From an uncultured Candidatus Saccharibacteria bacterium (GTDB lineage Bacteria; Patescibacteriota; Doudnabacteria; UBA920): a stretch of 64,000 bases of DNA. The notes under the pieces were generated by a model. It ran no database searches, was not told the origin of the DNA, and was given only the letters and a program-made list of their open reading frames with translations. Position numbers and translations under genes: made by a program. Each line of letters begins with the position of its first letter. The stretch's first letter is position 1. Below are positions 57,136-64,000 of the stretch, piece by piece. The DNA is taken from contig CAZLNP010000001.1 of assembly GCA_964561085.1 (NCBI GenBank), forward strand, positions 147,201 through 211,200. The letters are read 5' to 3'.

Positions 57136-58311
57136 ATGACAAAAGACGAAAAAATCCGCAGTATCTTACAACGAGGTGTGGAAGAGATTATTCATAGCAA
57201 AAGTTTGGAGAAGAAGTTATCTGGAAAGAAAAAGCTTCGTGTAAAACTTGGTATCGACCCAACCAGCCCTAACATCCATATTGGTCGCGCAGTGGTTTTA
57301 TGGAAGCTTCGTGCTTTCCAGGATTTAGGTCATCAGGTGGTATTTATTATTGGTGACTTCACTGGTCAGATTGGCGACACTTCAGACAAAGATGCTGAGC
57401 GCCCAATGCTAACAGAAGAAGAAATCTCTAAGAATGTTAAAACATATTTGGATCAGGCCTACAAAATTTTAGATAAAGATAAAACTGAATTCCATTACAA
57501 CTCTACTTGGTTAAAGAAATTGGGATTTGCAGAAATTGGACACTTGGCAAACATGTTTGGTCTACATGAATTTTCTTCACGCGATAATATTGCTAAGCGC
57601 TTGAAGGCCGGGAAACGAGTTAGTGTTCGCGAACTTCTCTACCCTCTTATGCAAGGCTACGATAGCGTAGAAGTAAAAGCCGATGTAGAACTTGGTGGAA
57701 CAGATCAACGATTTAATTTGTTAGCAGGTCGCACCATCCAACAAGTTTATGGTCAAGAACCTCAAGATGTTTTGATGATGGAGTTGCTTGAAGGAACTGA
57801 TGGACGCAAGATGTCATCTTCTTGGGGAAATACAATTAACTTAAATGATGAACCAAATTTAATGTTTGGAAAAGTTATGTCTATTGATGATAAGTTGATG
57901 GACCGCTATTTTACTCTTGCCACAAATACTTTATGGCAACACATGGAAGAAATGAAAAAGAGCTACAGCAATCCACGTGATCAGAAATTAATTTTAGCGC
58001 ACGCAATTGTTGAACAGTATCATGGTGCTGATGAAGCGCGTAAAGCACAAGAAAACTTTGTATCACAATTTAGTAAAAAAGAATTACCAACTGATATTCC
58101 AGAAATTAAAGTTAAAGTTGGTACTTACTCACTTGCTGATCTATTAATGCAAGCAAAGATGGTAGCGAGTAAGAGCGAAGCCCGCCGATTAATTGAACAA
58201 GGTGGTGTTAAGATTAACCAAGAGAAAGCAACAGAAAAGCCTGTAGAAATAGGCAAAAAAAACAACCTGACATTGCAGGTTGGGAAACGAAAGTTTATTA
58301 GGATAGTTTAG
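57136..58311 (+). CDS. tyrS: Tyrosyl-tRNA synthetase (391 aa) with C-terminal S4 domain.
   Basis: Class I HIGH-like 'PTSPNIHIGR', 'KMSSS' (KMSKS), TyrRS-like 'GGTDQ', C-terminal S4 'SLADLLMQAKMVASKSEARRLIEQGGVKIN'. Confidence 0.85.
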   Translation: MTKDEKIRSILQRGVEEIIHSKSLEKKLSGKKKLRVKLGIDPTSPNIHIGRAVVLWKLRAFQDLGHQVVFIIGDFTGQIGDTSDKDAERPMLTEEEISKNVKTYLDQAYKILDKDKTEFHYNSTWLKKLGFAEIGHLANMFGLHEFSSRDNIAKRLKAGKRVSVRELLYPLMQGYDSVEVKADVELGGTDQRFNLLAGRTIQQVYGQEPQDVLMMELLEGTDGRKMSSSWGNTINLNDEPNLMFGKVMSIDDKLMDRYFTLATNTLWQHMEEMKKSYSNPRDQKLILAHAIVEQYHGADEARKAQENFVSQFSKKELPTDIPEIKVKVGTYSLADLLMQAKMVASKSEARRLIEQGGVKINQEKATEKPVEIGKKNNLTLQVGKRKFIRIV

Positions 58312-58349
58312 TTAGTCGGAGCGTAAAACTATATACGTATAAAATAAAA

Positions 58350-58378
58350 CCCTCAACGAATTGAGGGATTTATTTTAT
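58350..58378 (+). terminator. tyrS terminator (CCCTCAA-CGAA-TTGAGGG plus T-rich tail).
   Basis: Perfect 7-bp stem and tetraloop followed by ATTTATTTTATT. Confidence 0.65.
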
Positions 58379-58688
58379 TCAGCAGCTACTTCAGTTTCAG
58401 CTGGAGCTTCAACTTCAGCACCTTCAGTAGGTTCTGTTGTTGTTTCAGTTGTATCGTCAGAAGCAACTGTTGTGTCGTCGTTTTCGTCTAAGAACATGTT
58501 TGTGTTCCCCATCTGTACCGAGCTTGCGCAAGGCAGAGACATTAGTGATAAATATAATCAGCTAATTGCTGAACTATGTAACAATCTTAGCACGCGATGA
58601 AGAGTTTGTCCAGCCCCAGAAAAAAAGATTTTTAGAATCATTTGCAAAAGAAAATGAAAATTTTTTGAAGAGCGTGAAAATTTTACTA

Positions 58689-59183
58689 CTACTTCTTCCA
58701 CACTGCGGCGCAAAGTGCGATTGCTAATGCATCTGCTGCGTCATCCGGCTTAGGAATACTTTTTAATTTGAAAGTTTGTTGTACCATTCGCTGAACTTGT
58801 TTTTTGTCAGCTTTCCCGTAACCACACAAAGTACTTTTTACTTGCAAAGGTGTGAATTCATAAATGGGTAGCTTGGCTTGATTGAGCGCTAGGAGCGCAA
58901 CACCTCTTGCTTGAGAGACGGTCATTACAGTCCGCTGATTATTTTGGAAGAAAAGTTTTTCAATTCCTGCACAATCTGGTTTATGTTTTTTTATAACCGC
59001 GCTTAGATCTTCAAAAAGAATTTGTAATCGCTGAGAATCAGAATCATCCTTACTTGTGCTAATGACTCCAAATTCTAAAATTTCATATTCCTGATGACTC
59101 TTGTTTTTTGACCCACCAGTAATTTTCCGAATAATTCCAAAACCTGTAGTGGCGGTTCCCGGGTCAATTCCTAAATAAATCAT
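58689..59183 (-). CDS. ruvC: Crossover junction endodeoxyribonuclease RuvC (164 aa).
   Basis: 'MIYLGIDPGTATTGFGII' RNase H-fold N-terminus. Acidic catalytic residues are conserved. Confidence 0.9.
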   Translation of the reverse strand: MIYLGIDPGTATTGFGIIRKITGGSKNKSHQEYEILEFGVISTSKDDSDSQRLQILFEDLSAVIKKHKPDCAGIEKLFFQNNQRTVMTVSQARGVALLALNQAKLPIYEFTPLQVKSTLCGYGKADKKQVQRMVQQTFKLKSIPKPDDAADALAIALCAAVWKK

Positions 59184-59190
59184 TTTGTTT

Positions 59191-59736
59191 CTAGCTAATA
59201 TTTGTAAACACTGCAGTTACGTCGTCGTCATCTTCAAGAGCGCTGTATAATTTCTCAGCTTTCTCTAAATCTTCATCGCTTAGCTCTAAAGGCATGGTGC
59301 TTTCCAGCTCGCCTGTCTCCTCATTTTTCTTAAACTGCCAAGCTACGCTACCTTGAGCTCCAAGATTGCCGTTATTGCGCATAAATACAGTCTTGATATT
59401 TTGCACAGTGCGGTTTTTACTGTCAGTTATGGCCTCAATTAGGAAAGCTGATCCCCCAGGCCCATATCCTTCGTAAACAGCCTCTTCGAGGGCTGCGCTA
59501 CCATCTTGGCCCAATCCCTTCTTAATAGCGCGTTCTATGTTGTCGTTCGGCATCGAAAGAGCGCGGGCTTTATCAATTTCTAGGCGAAGGCGGAAGTTTA
59601 AAGCAGGATCACCGCTATTGCCTTCTTTGACGGCTACGGAGATTTTCTTGGAAAGCTTGCCAAAAATAGCGCCTTTCTTAGCATCAGCAGCCCCTTTTTG
59701 ACGTTTAATTGTTGACCATTTTGAATGTCCAGACAT
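59191..59736 (-). CDS. yebC: YebC/PmpR-family probable transcriptional regulator, short form (181 aa; typical is about 240 aa).
   Basis: '[32 protein letters not shown]' is a YebC N-terminus. The protein lacks part of the C-terminal region. Confidence 0.85.
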   Translation of the reverse strand: MSGHSKWSTIKRQKGAADAKKGAIFGKLSKKISVAVKEGNSGDPALNFRLRLEIDKARALSMPNDNIERAIKKGLGQDGSAALEEAVYEGYGPGGSAFLIEAITDSKNRTVQNIKTVFMRNNGNLGAQGSVAWQFKKNEETGELESTMPLELSDEDLEKAEKLYSALEDDDDVTAVFTNIS

Positions 59737-59758
59737 TTACTCTATATATTAACTCTAA

Positions 59759-60427
59759 TTATTTCTTAAATGATAGTAAAAAGGTGATCTCCCCTTTTAT
59801 ACTTTGCTTGGTTTTTAGTTTCTCAAGAATCTCTGTTGGTGTGCCCGCAATGTATTCTTCATGCATCTTTGTTAGCTCACGGGCCACGACACAATTTACC
59901 TCGGGGAAATTCTTCTCTATATATTGTAAAGTTTTAACGATGCGTTGTGGGGACTCGTAAGTTATTAACGTTGCCTCTGCGACCTTGGCTTGATTAATAA
60001 GCTCGACAACTTTATGTTCAGTCTTTGCAAAGAATCCTGCGAACATGTATCTGTCGGTAGGTAGTCCTGATGCAGATAAAGCTGTGGTCGCTGCATTCGC
60101 TCCAGGTAGTGCAACTACTTCAATGTTAGACTCACGTGCCGCGCGGACCAAACGGAAACCGGGATCAGAAATTCCTGGAGTACCGGCATCGCTTACTAAG
60201 CAAGCAGTTTCTGTTGAAAGGCGCGCGATATACTTTTCTGTAACTAATCTTTCATTATGATCGGCAAATTGCACAATTGGTTTTTTGGGTAGACCAAGAA
60301 GTTTTATTAATTTTCCAGTAGTAAGAGGGTTCTCAGCAATAATAAAATCGCACGAGCTCAGTTGCTCCTGCGCGCGTGCTGTAATATCTCCTAAATTTCC
60401 TAATGGTGTTGGAACAATGTATAACAT
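59759..60427 (-). CDS. rsmI: 16S rRNA (cytidine1402-2'-O)-methyltransferase RsmI-like (tetrapyrrole methylase fold, 222 aa).
   Basis: N-terminus 'MLYIVPTPLGNLGDITARA' and 'TPGISDPG' motifs. Confidence 0.85.
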   Translation of the reverse strand: MLYIVPTPLGNLGDITARAQEQLSSCDFIIAENPLTTGKLIKLLGLPKKPIVQFADHNERLVTEKYIARLSTETACLVSDAGTPGISDPGFRLVRAARESNIEVVALPGANAATTALSASGLPTDRYMFAGFFAKTEHKVVELINQAKVAEATLITYESPQRIVKTLQYIEKNFPEVNCVVARELTKMHEEYIAGTPTEILEKLKTKQSIKGEITFLLSFKK

Positions 60428-60448
60428 GAGTTTATGTAAAAGTTTCGA

Positions 60449-60745
60449 CTAGCGATCTTTCAATTCTAGACCAAATAGTTCTTCGATGATATCGTATTCG
60501 AGTTTCAACTTGTCGCGGTAATCAGAAAGCTCTTCTCTTTCATCCCCAGTTGCGTTAAACCATTCATCGTATGTAGCTTTTAATTCTTCATCTAGGGTTT
60601 GGCAAAAAGCGTAGGCTTCAGTTTCAGTTTGAGGAGAAGATTCCATCCAGTCTCCGTACGTAATCCCTAACTTGGATTCATACTTATCTTCAAAGATTTC
60701 TTGCTGCTTTTCTTTATCTATTTCTCTGGCCATTTCTTCGTCCAT
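60449..60745 (-). CDS. Small acidic hypothetical protein (about 98 aa).
   Basis: The track ORF (to 60787) would overlap the tRNA. The internal Met 'MDEEMAREID' at 60745 avoids this. Strongly acidic and helical composition. Confidence 0.45.
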   Translation of the reverse strand: MDEEMAREIDKEKQQEIFEDKYESKLGITYGDWMESSPQTETEAYAFCQTLDEELKATYDEWFNATGDEREELSDYRDKLKLEYDIIEELFGLELKDR

Positions 60746-60751
60746 ATTTTC

Positions 60752-60828
60752 TGGTGCGCGCGCATGGATTCGAACCATGGACCGCAAAGGTATAAGCTTT
60801 GTGCTCTAACCAGCTGAGCTACGCGCGC
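60752..60828 (-). tRNA. tRNA with anticodon UAU, predicted to read AUA (Ile). 77 nt including the encoded CCA.
   Basis: Manual cloverleaf from the reverse complement: GCGCGCG-UA-GCUC-AGCUGGUU-AGAGC-A-CAAAG-CUUAUAC-CUUUG-CGGUC-CAUGG-UUCGAAU-CCAUG-CGCGCGC-A-CCA. All four stems are fully paired. U33, A37 and a canonical T-loop are present. Confidence 0.8.
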
Positions 60829-60952
60829 ATATTTATTCAATTACCTAGGTATTATAGGCATTTTAGACAGCTAAGGCAATAACTGTTTGCCTTGACTAAA
60901 AGCCCTTTATAAGACATAATTATCGCTACACCAATTCAGGAGGAAAGAGAGG

Positions 60953-61555
60953 ATGATTTACGAAGCTGTCGGTAATCTTTGTGCCGTGAATTTCAAAGAA
61001 CTCCAACTGCCTATCAGCGACGAGCAAGCATTGGAGATTTTATTCAATCTAGGTTTTGAAACGCAAGACGTAGATATTATAGCCCTTGCGTATGGTTGCA
61101 TAGACCTTTCGCAATACAAGAGAGGGGCTACAATCGATATGGCTCCTGGAGTTGTTGACTGCTCAACGTTCACCAATTGGTTGTATTTCCAAAAAGGTGT
61201 AAAGCTCCCTCGTTATTCTATTGATCAGCGTGATCGTCTGAAAATAGTTGTTGGCGAAGAAGATCTACGACCTGGCGACCTTGTTTTTACAAGTGGACGC
61301 TTTAACTATTATTGGGATGATCCAAGTGATGGGGTTGGACATACTGGGATTTATACTGGCAATAATACAGTCATTCATGCTGCTGGTCCGGAGGTTGGAG
61401 TTATTGAAGACCCTTTCACTCCTTTTGCTAAAAACTTAAGAGGGATTAGAAGAGTGTTTGATGACTTCAATTCAGTTGTGACAATTAAGTCGCCCCCGAG
61501 CCGTGTGGTTGGGGATTCACAGGAATTTAGGTGGATCATCTTGCAACATTGTTGA
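60953..61555 (+). CDS. NlpC/P60-family (C40) peptidoglycan peptidase-like protein without a signal peptide (200 aa).
   Basis: Catalytic Cys in 'DCSTFTNWLYF', His in 'GHTGIY', third polar His in 'VIHAAG'. No N-terminal hydrophobic segment. Confidence 0.65.
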   Translation: MIYEAVGNLCAVNFKELQLPISDEQALEILFNLGFETQDVDIIALAYGCIDLSQYKRGATIDMAPGVVDCSTFTNWLYFQKGVKLPRYSIDQRDRLKIVVGEEDLRPGDLVFTSGRFNYYWDDPSDGVGHTGIYTGNNTVIHAAGPEVGVIEDPFTPFAKNLRGIRRVFDDFNSVVTIKSPPSRVVGDSQEFRWIILQHC

Positions 61556-61561
61556 GGAACA

Positions 61562-61592
61562 AAAAAGCGCGCCATTCGTATCGGCACGCTTT
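61562..61592. terminator. Bidirectional terminator between the NlpC/P60 gene and gyrA (imperfect GC-rich hairpin flanked by A6 and T5).
   Basis: AAGCGCGCC...GGCACGCTT inverted repeat with one mismatch. Confidence 0.5.
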
Positions 61593-61605
61593 TTATTTTA
61601 TCTTT

Positions 61606-64000
61606 CTACACTACAGTCGCACTGGCAACTGTATCACCATCTGCGAGTCTCATTACTTTAACGCCTTGAGTAGCACGTCCTAAAGTAGAAATAGTTTTTA
61701 TTGGAGTTTTAATTGTTTGTCCTTGCTTAGAAATAATCAGCAAGTCTTTCGTGTCAGCTTCTTCAGGAGAAATAATACTCATGGAAACAATCTTACCTGT
61801 CTTTGGAGTAATCTTCACTGTCTTGATTCCACTACCGCCACGCTTTTGAATCTTGTAATCCTTTACTGGGGTTTTCTTGCCTAGGCCATGTTCAGTAACC
61901 ACTAGAACGTCGCGGGCTTGGTCTTCCATGCTCTTAGTTATAACATCCATGGAAATTACATGGTCTTCCTTGCGCAAGCGGATTCCTGACACGCCAGCTG
62001 CGCTTCGGCCCATTGCGCGAACATCAGTTTCTTTAAAGCGGATTGCTTGGCCGTCTTCAGTAGAAAGCATGACTTCGTCGTTGCCTGAGCTTGGCTCAAC
62101 CCAGCGTAGTTCATCATCACCCTTAAGGCCAATAGCAATCATTCCAGATTTGCGAACTTTAGCAAATTCTTCTATCGCAACTTTCTTCACTAGACCACTG
62201 CGAGTAGACATTACTAAATACTTGGATTCACTCTTCTTTGGAAGTGCTAGTACAGCAGTAGCAAATTCACTGTTGCCAAGTTGTAAGAAGTTTACTAGAG
62301 CTTGGCCTTTGCTTGTTCTTGAGCTATCAGGCAAGTCATAAGCTTTAGTAACAAATACGCGGCCTTTGTTGGTGAAGAACATCATGTCGTCGTGAGTGCT
62401 AGCAGAAAGAACAGACTCGATAATATCTTCTTCTTTCAAGCTTTGACCTATTACTCCCCGACCACCACGAACTTGTGAGCGGTAAGTATCTGGAGATTGG
62501 CGTTTAATGTAGCCAGACTTTGTAATAGAAATAATTACACTGTTCTCTGGAATTAAGTCCTCAGCGTTAAACTGGCCAATTCCTTGAGGGACAATTTGTG
62601 TGCGGCGTTCATCGCCGAACTTGTCGCGGATATCTGTAACCTCACCTTTAATAATTGCAAGAATCTTTTTTACAGAACTTAGAATGCCTTCAAGCTCAGC
62701 AATCAATTTAAGTTTTTCAGCAAGTTCATCTTCAATCTTCTTTCGTTCCAAACCAGCAAGAGTTTGCAAGCGCATATCAAGAATGGCGTTAGTTTGAATT
62801 TCTGTAAGTTTGAATTTCTTGATTAACTTATCTTGTGCTTCATGACGATCTGCACTGCCGCGAATAATTTTGATAACTTCATCAATATGATCAAGCGCTG
62901 TTTTCAAACCTTCTAAAATATGAGCACGATCTTTTGCACGTTGTAATTCAAATGCGGTACGACGGCGAACAACTGTTTGTCTGTGTTTTAGGTAGTTTTC
63001 TAGAATCGTCTTCAAGTTCATGATCTGTGGCTGGATCCCTTCTTCCAAAGCCAAAGTATTCATGTGGAAAGTTTCTTGTAGTTGAGTGTAAGAAAATAGT
63101 TGGTTTAAGATTTTATTTGGAAGCGCTTCCTTCTTTAAATCTACTACCACGCGCACACCGTCTTTATCGCTTTCATCACGGACGTCTTTAATACCTTCCA
63201 GTTTTTTGTCGCGCACTAAGTCAGCAATTCTTTGTAACATAGTCGCTTTGTTAACCTGATAAGGAATTTCAGTAATTAAAATTCTGCTCGCACCAGTTTT
63301 AGTTTCTTCAATCTCGGTGCGACCACGCATAATGATGCTGCCTTTGCCTGTTGAGTAAGCAGCTTTAATTGCAGCGCGATCATAAATAATTCCACCGGTT
63401 GGGAAATCTGGTCCAGTAACTATGTCGGACAATTCGTCCATGCTTACATCTGGATTTTCGATTATGGCTATGATGGCATTAACAATTTCAGTCAGGTTGT
63501 GCGGAGGAATGTTAGTTGCCATTCCAACTGCGATTCCCAAGCTACCGTTTAGTAAAAGCTGAGGTAATTTAGCAGGAAGTACGCTTGGTTCTTTCTCTGT
63601 CGCATCGTAGTTATCGCGGAAGTCTACGGTGTCTTTATCTAAATCTTCAAGTAATTCCCCTGCTAGAGCGGACATCTTCGCTTCTGTGTAACGCATAGCA
63701 GCAGCGCCATCACCATCCATAGAACCAAAGTTTCCCTGACCAATAATTAATGGATAGCGCATAGCAAATTCCTGAGCCATGTGAACCATAGAATCATAAA
63801 CAGCGACATCGCCATGAGGATGATATTTACCTAGAACTTCACCGACAACCGTTGCTGACTTACGAGTTTTCCCTGAGTGACGAAGGCCAAGAGTTTGCAT
63901 CGCGTAAAGGATGCGACGGTGAACAGGTTTTAAACCATCACGAACATCTGGAAGAGCGCGACCAACAATAACTGTCATCGCGTAATCCAAGAACGATTCT
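61606..64000 (-). CDS. gyrA: DNA gyrase subunit A, N-terminally truncated by the window edge (at least 798 aa here).
   Basis: '[31 protein letters not shown]', active-site region '[10 protein letters not shown]', 'YHPHGD', C-terminal beta-pinwheel repeats. The reading frame continues past 64000. Confidence 0.95.
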   Translation of the reverse strand, partial: ESFLDYAMTVIVGRALPDVRDGLKPVHRRILYAMQTLGLRHSGKTRKSATVVGEVLGKYHPHGDVAVYDSMVHMAQEFAMRYPLIIGQGNFGSMDGDGAAAMRYTEAKMSALAGELLEDLDKDTVDFRDNYDATEKEPSVLPAKLPQLLLNGSLGIAVGMATNIPPHNLTEIVNAIIAIIENPDVSMDELSDIVTGPDFPTGGIIYDRAAIKAAYSTGKGSIIMRGRTEIEETKTGASRILITEIPYQVNKATMLQRIADLVRDKKLEGIKDVRDESDKDGVRVVVDLKKEALPNKILNQLFSYTQLQETFHMNTLALEEGIQPQIMNLKTILENYLKHRQTVVRRRTAFELQRAKDRAHILEGLKTALDHIDEVIKIIRGSADRHEAQDKLIKKFKLTEIQTNAILDMRLQTLAGLERKKIEDELAEKLKLIAELEGILSSVKKILAIIKGEVTDIRDKFGDERRTQIVPQGIGQFNAEDLIPENSVIISITKSGYIKRQSPDTYRSQVRGGRGVIGQSLKEEDIIESVLSASTHDDMMFFTNKGRVFVTKAYDLPDSSRTSKGQALVNFLQLGNSEFATAVLALPKKSESKYLVMSTRSGLVKKVAIEEFAKVRKSGMIAIGLKGDDELRWVEPSSGNDEVMLSTEDGQAIRFKETDVRAMGRSAAGVSGIRLRKEDHVISMDVITKSMEDQARDVLVVTEHGLGKKTPVKDYKIQKRGGSGIKTVKITPKTGKIVSMSIISPEEADTKDLLIISKQGQTIKTPIKTISTLGRATQGVKVMRLADGDTVASATVV

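Noticed and set aside
58361-58600. Plus-strand 79-aa ORF downstream of tyrS.
   Set aside because: It starts inside the tyrS terminator. Its translation is Ser/Val/Ala low complexity. It is antisense to a slightly more plausible small acidic ORF.
1-64000. CRISPR arrays, IS elements, integrases or rRNA genes.
   Set aside because: No short direct-repeat arrays, no transposase or integrase-like ORFs, no terminal inverted repeats and no rRNA-like sequence were seen anywhere in the window.

Overview
The window is AT-rich (roughly 38-40% GC by eye) and gene-dense, with mostly compact intergenic spacers. Most genes lack an obvious Shine-Dalgarno sequence. It looks like a core chromosomal segment of a small-genome bacterium with a Gram-positive-type envelope toolkit (FemX-like transferase, class A PBP, YidC short form, VanW-like, WxL-like surface proteins). 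A Patescibacteria (CPR)/Saccharibacteria-like organism is a reasonable guess, but that is inference only.

Housekeeping content: rpoB-rpoC, polA, uvrB, rpsT, a ruvA/femX-like/Mur-ligase/tsaB-like operon, a type IV pilus/T2SS ATPase (pilB-like), tsaE, ruvB, a manC-like gene, the replication-origin block recF-dnaN-dnaA (minus strand) facing rpmH-rnpA-yidD-yidC-jag (plus strand), PBP1A, tyrS, ruvC, yebC, rsmI, one tRNA with anticodon UAU, and a partial gyrA.

The best candidate for an undescribed system is a co-directional surface-protein island of about 11.7 kb at 150-11836 (minus strand). In transcription order it encodes two paralogous small secreted proteins with a WxL-like 'TWTVITxN' motif flanking a signal+C-terminal-TM protein (a Csc/WxL-locus-like triad), then a double-FN3 membrane-anchored protein, a small HTH protein and a 2,258-aa Thr/Gly/Ser-rich protein with an embedded LamG/ConA-like domain, and finally a 182-aa membrane protein.

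Other notable items: a tRNA-like 3' element downstream of rpsT, three small GC-rich compositional islands (one is a secreted protein gene), a degenerate DHH/DHHA1-like protein next to the pilus ATPase, and a signal-less NlpC/P60 peptidase divergent from a small acidic protein. No CRISPR array, transposase, integrase or rRNA gene was seen.
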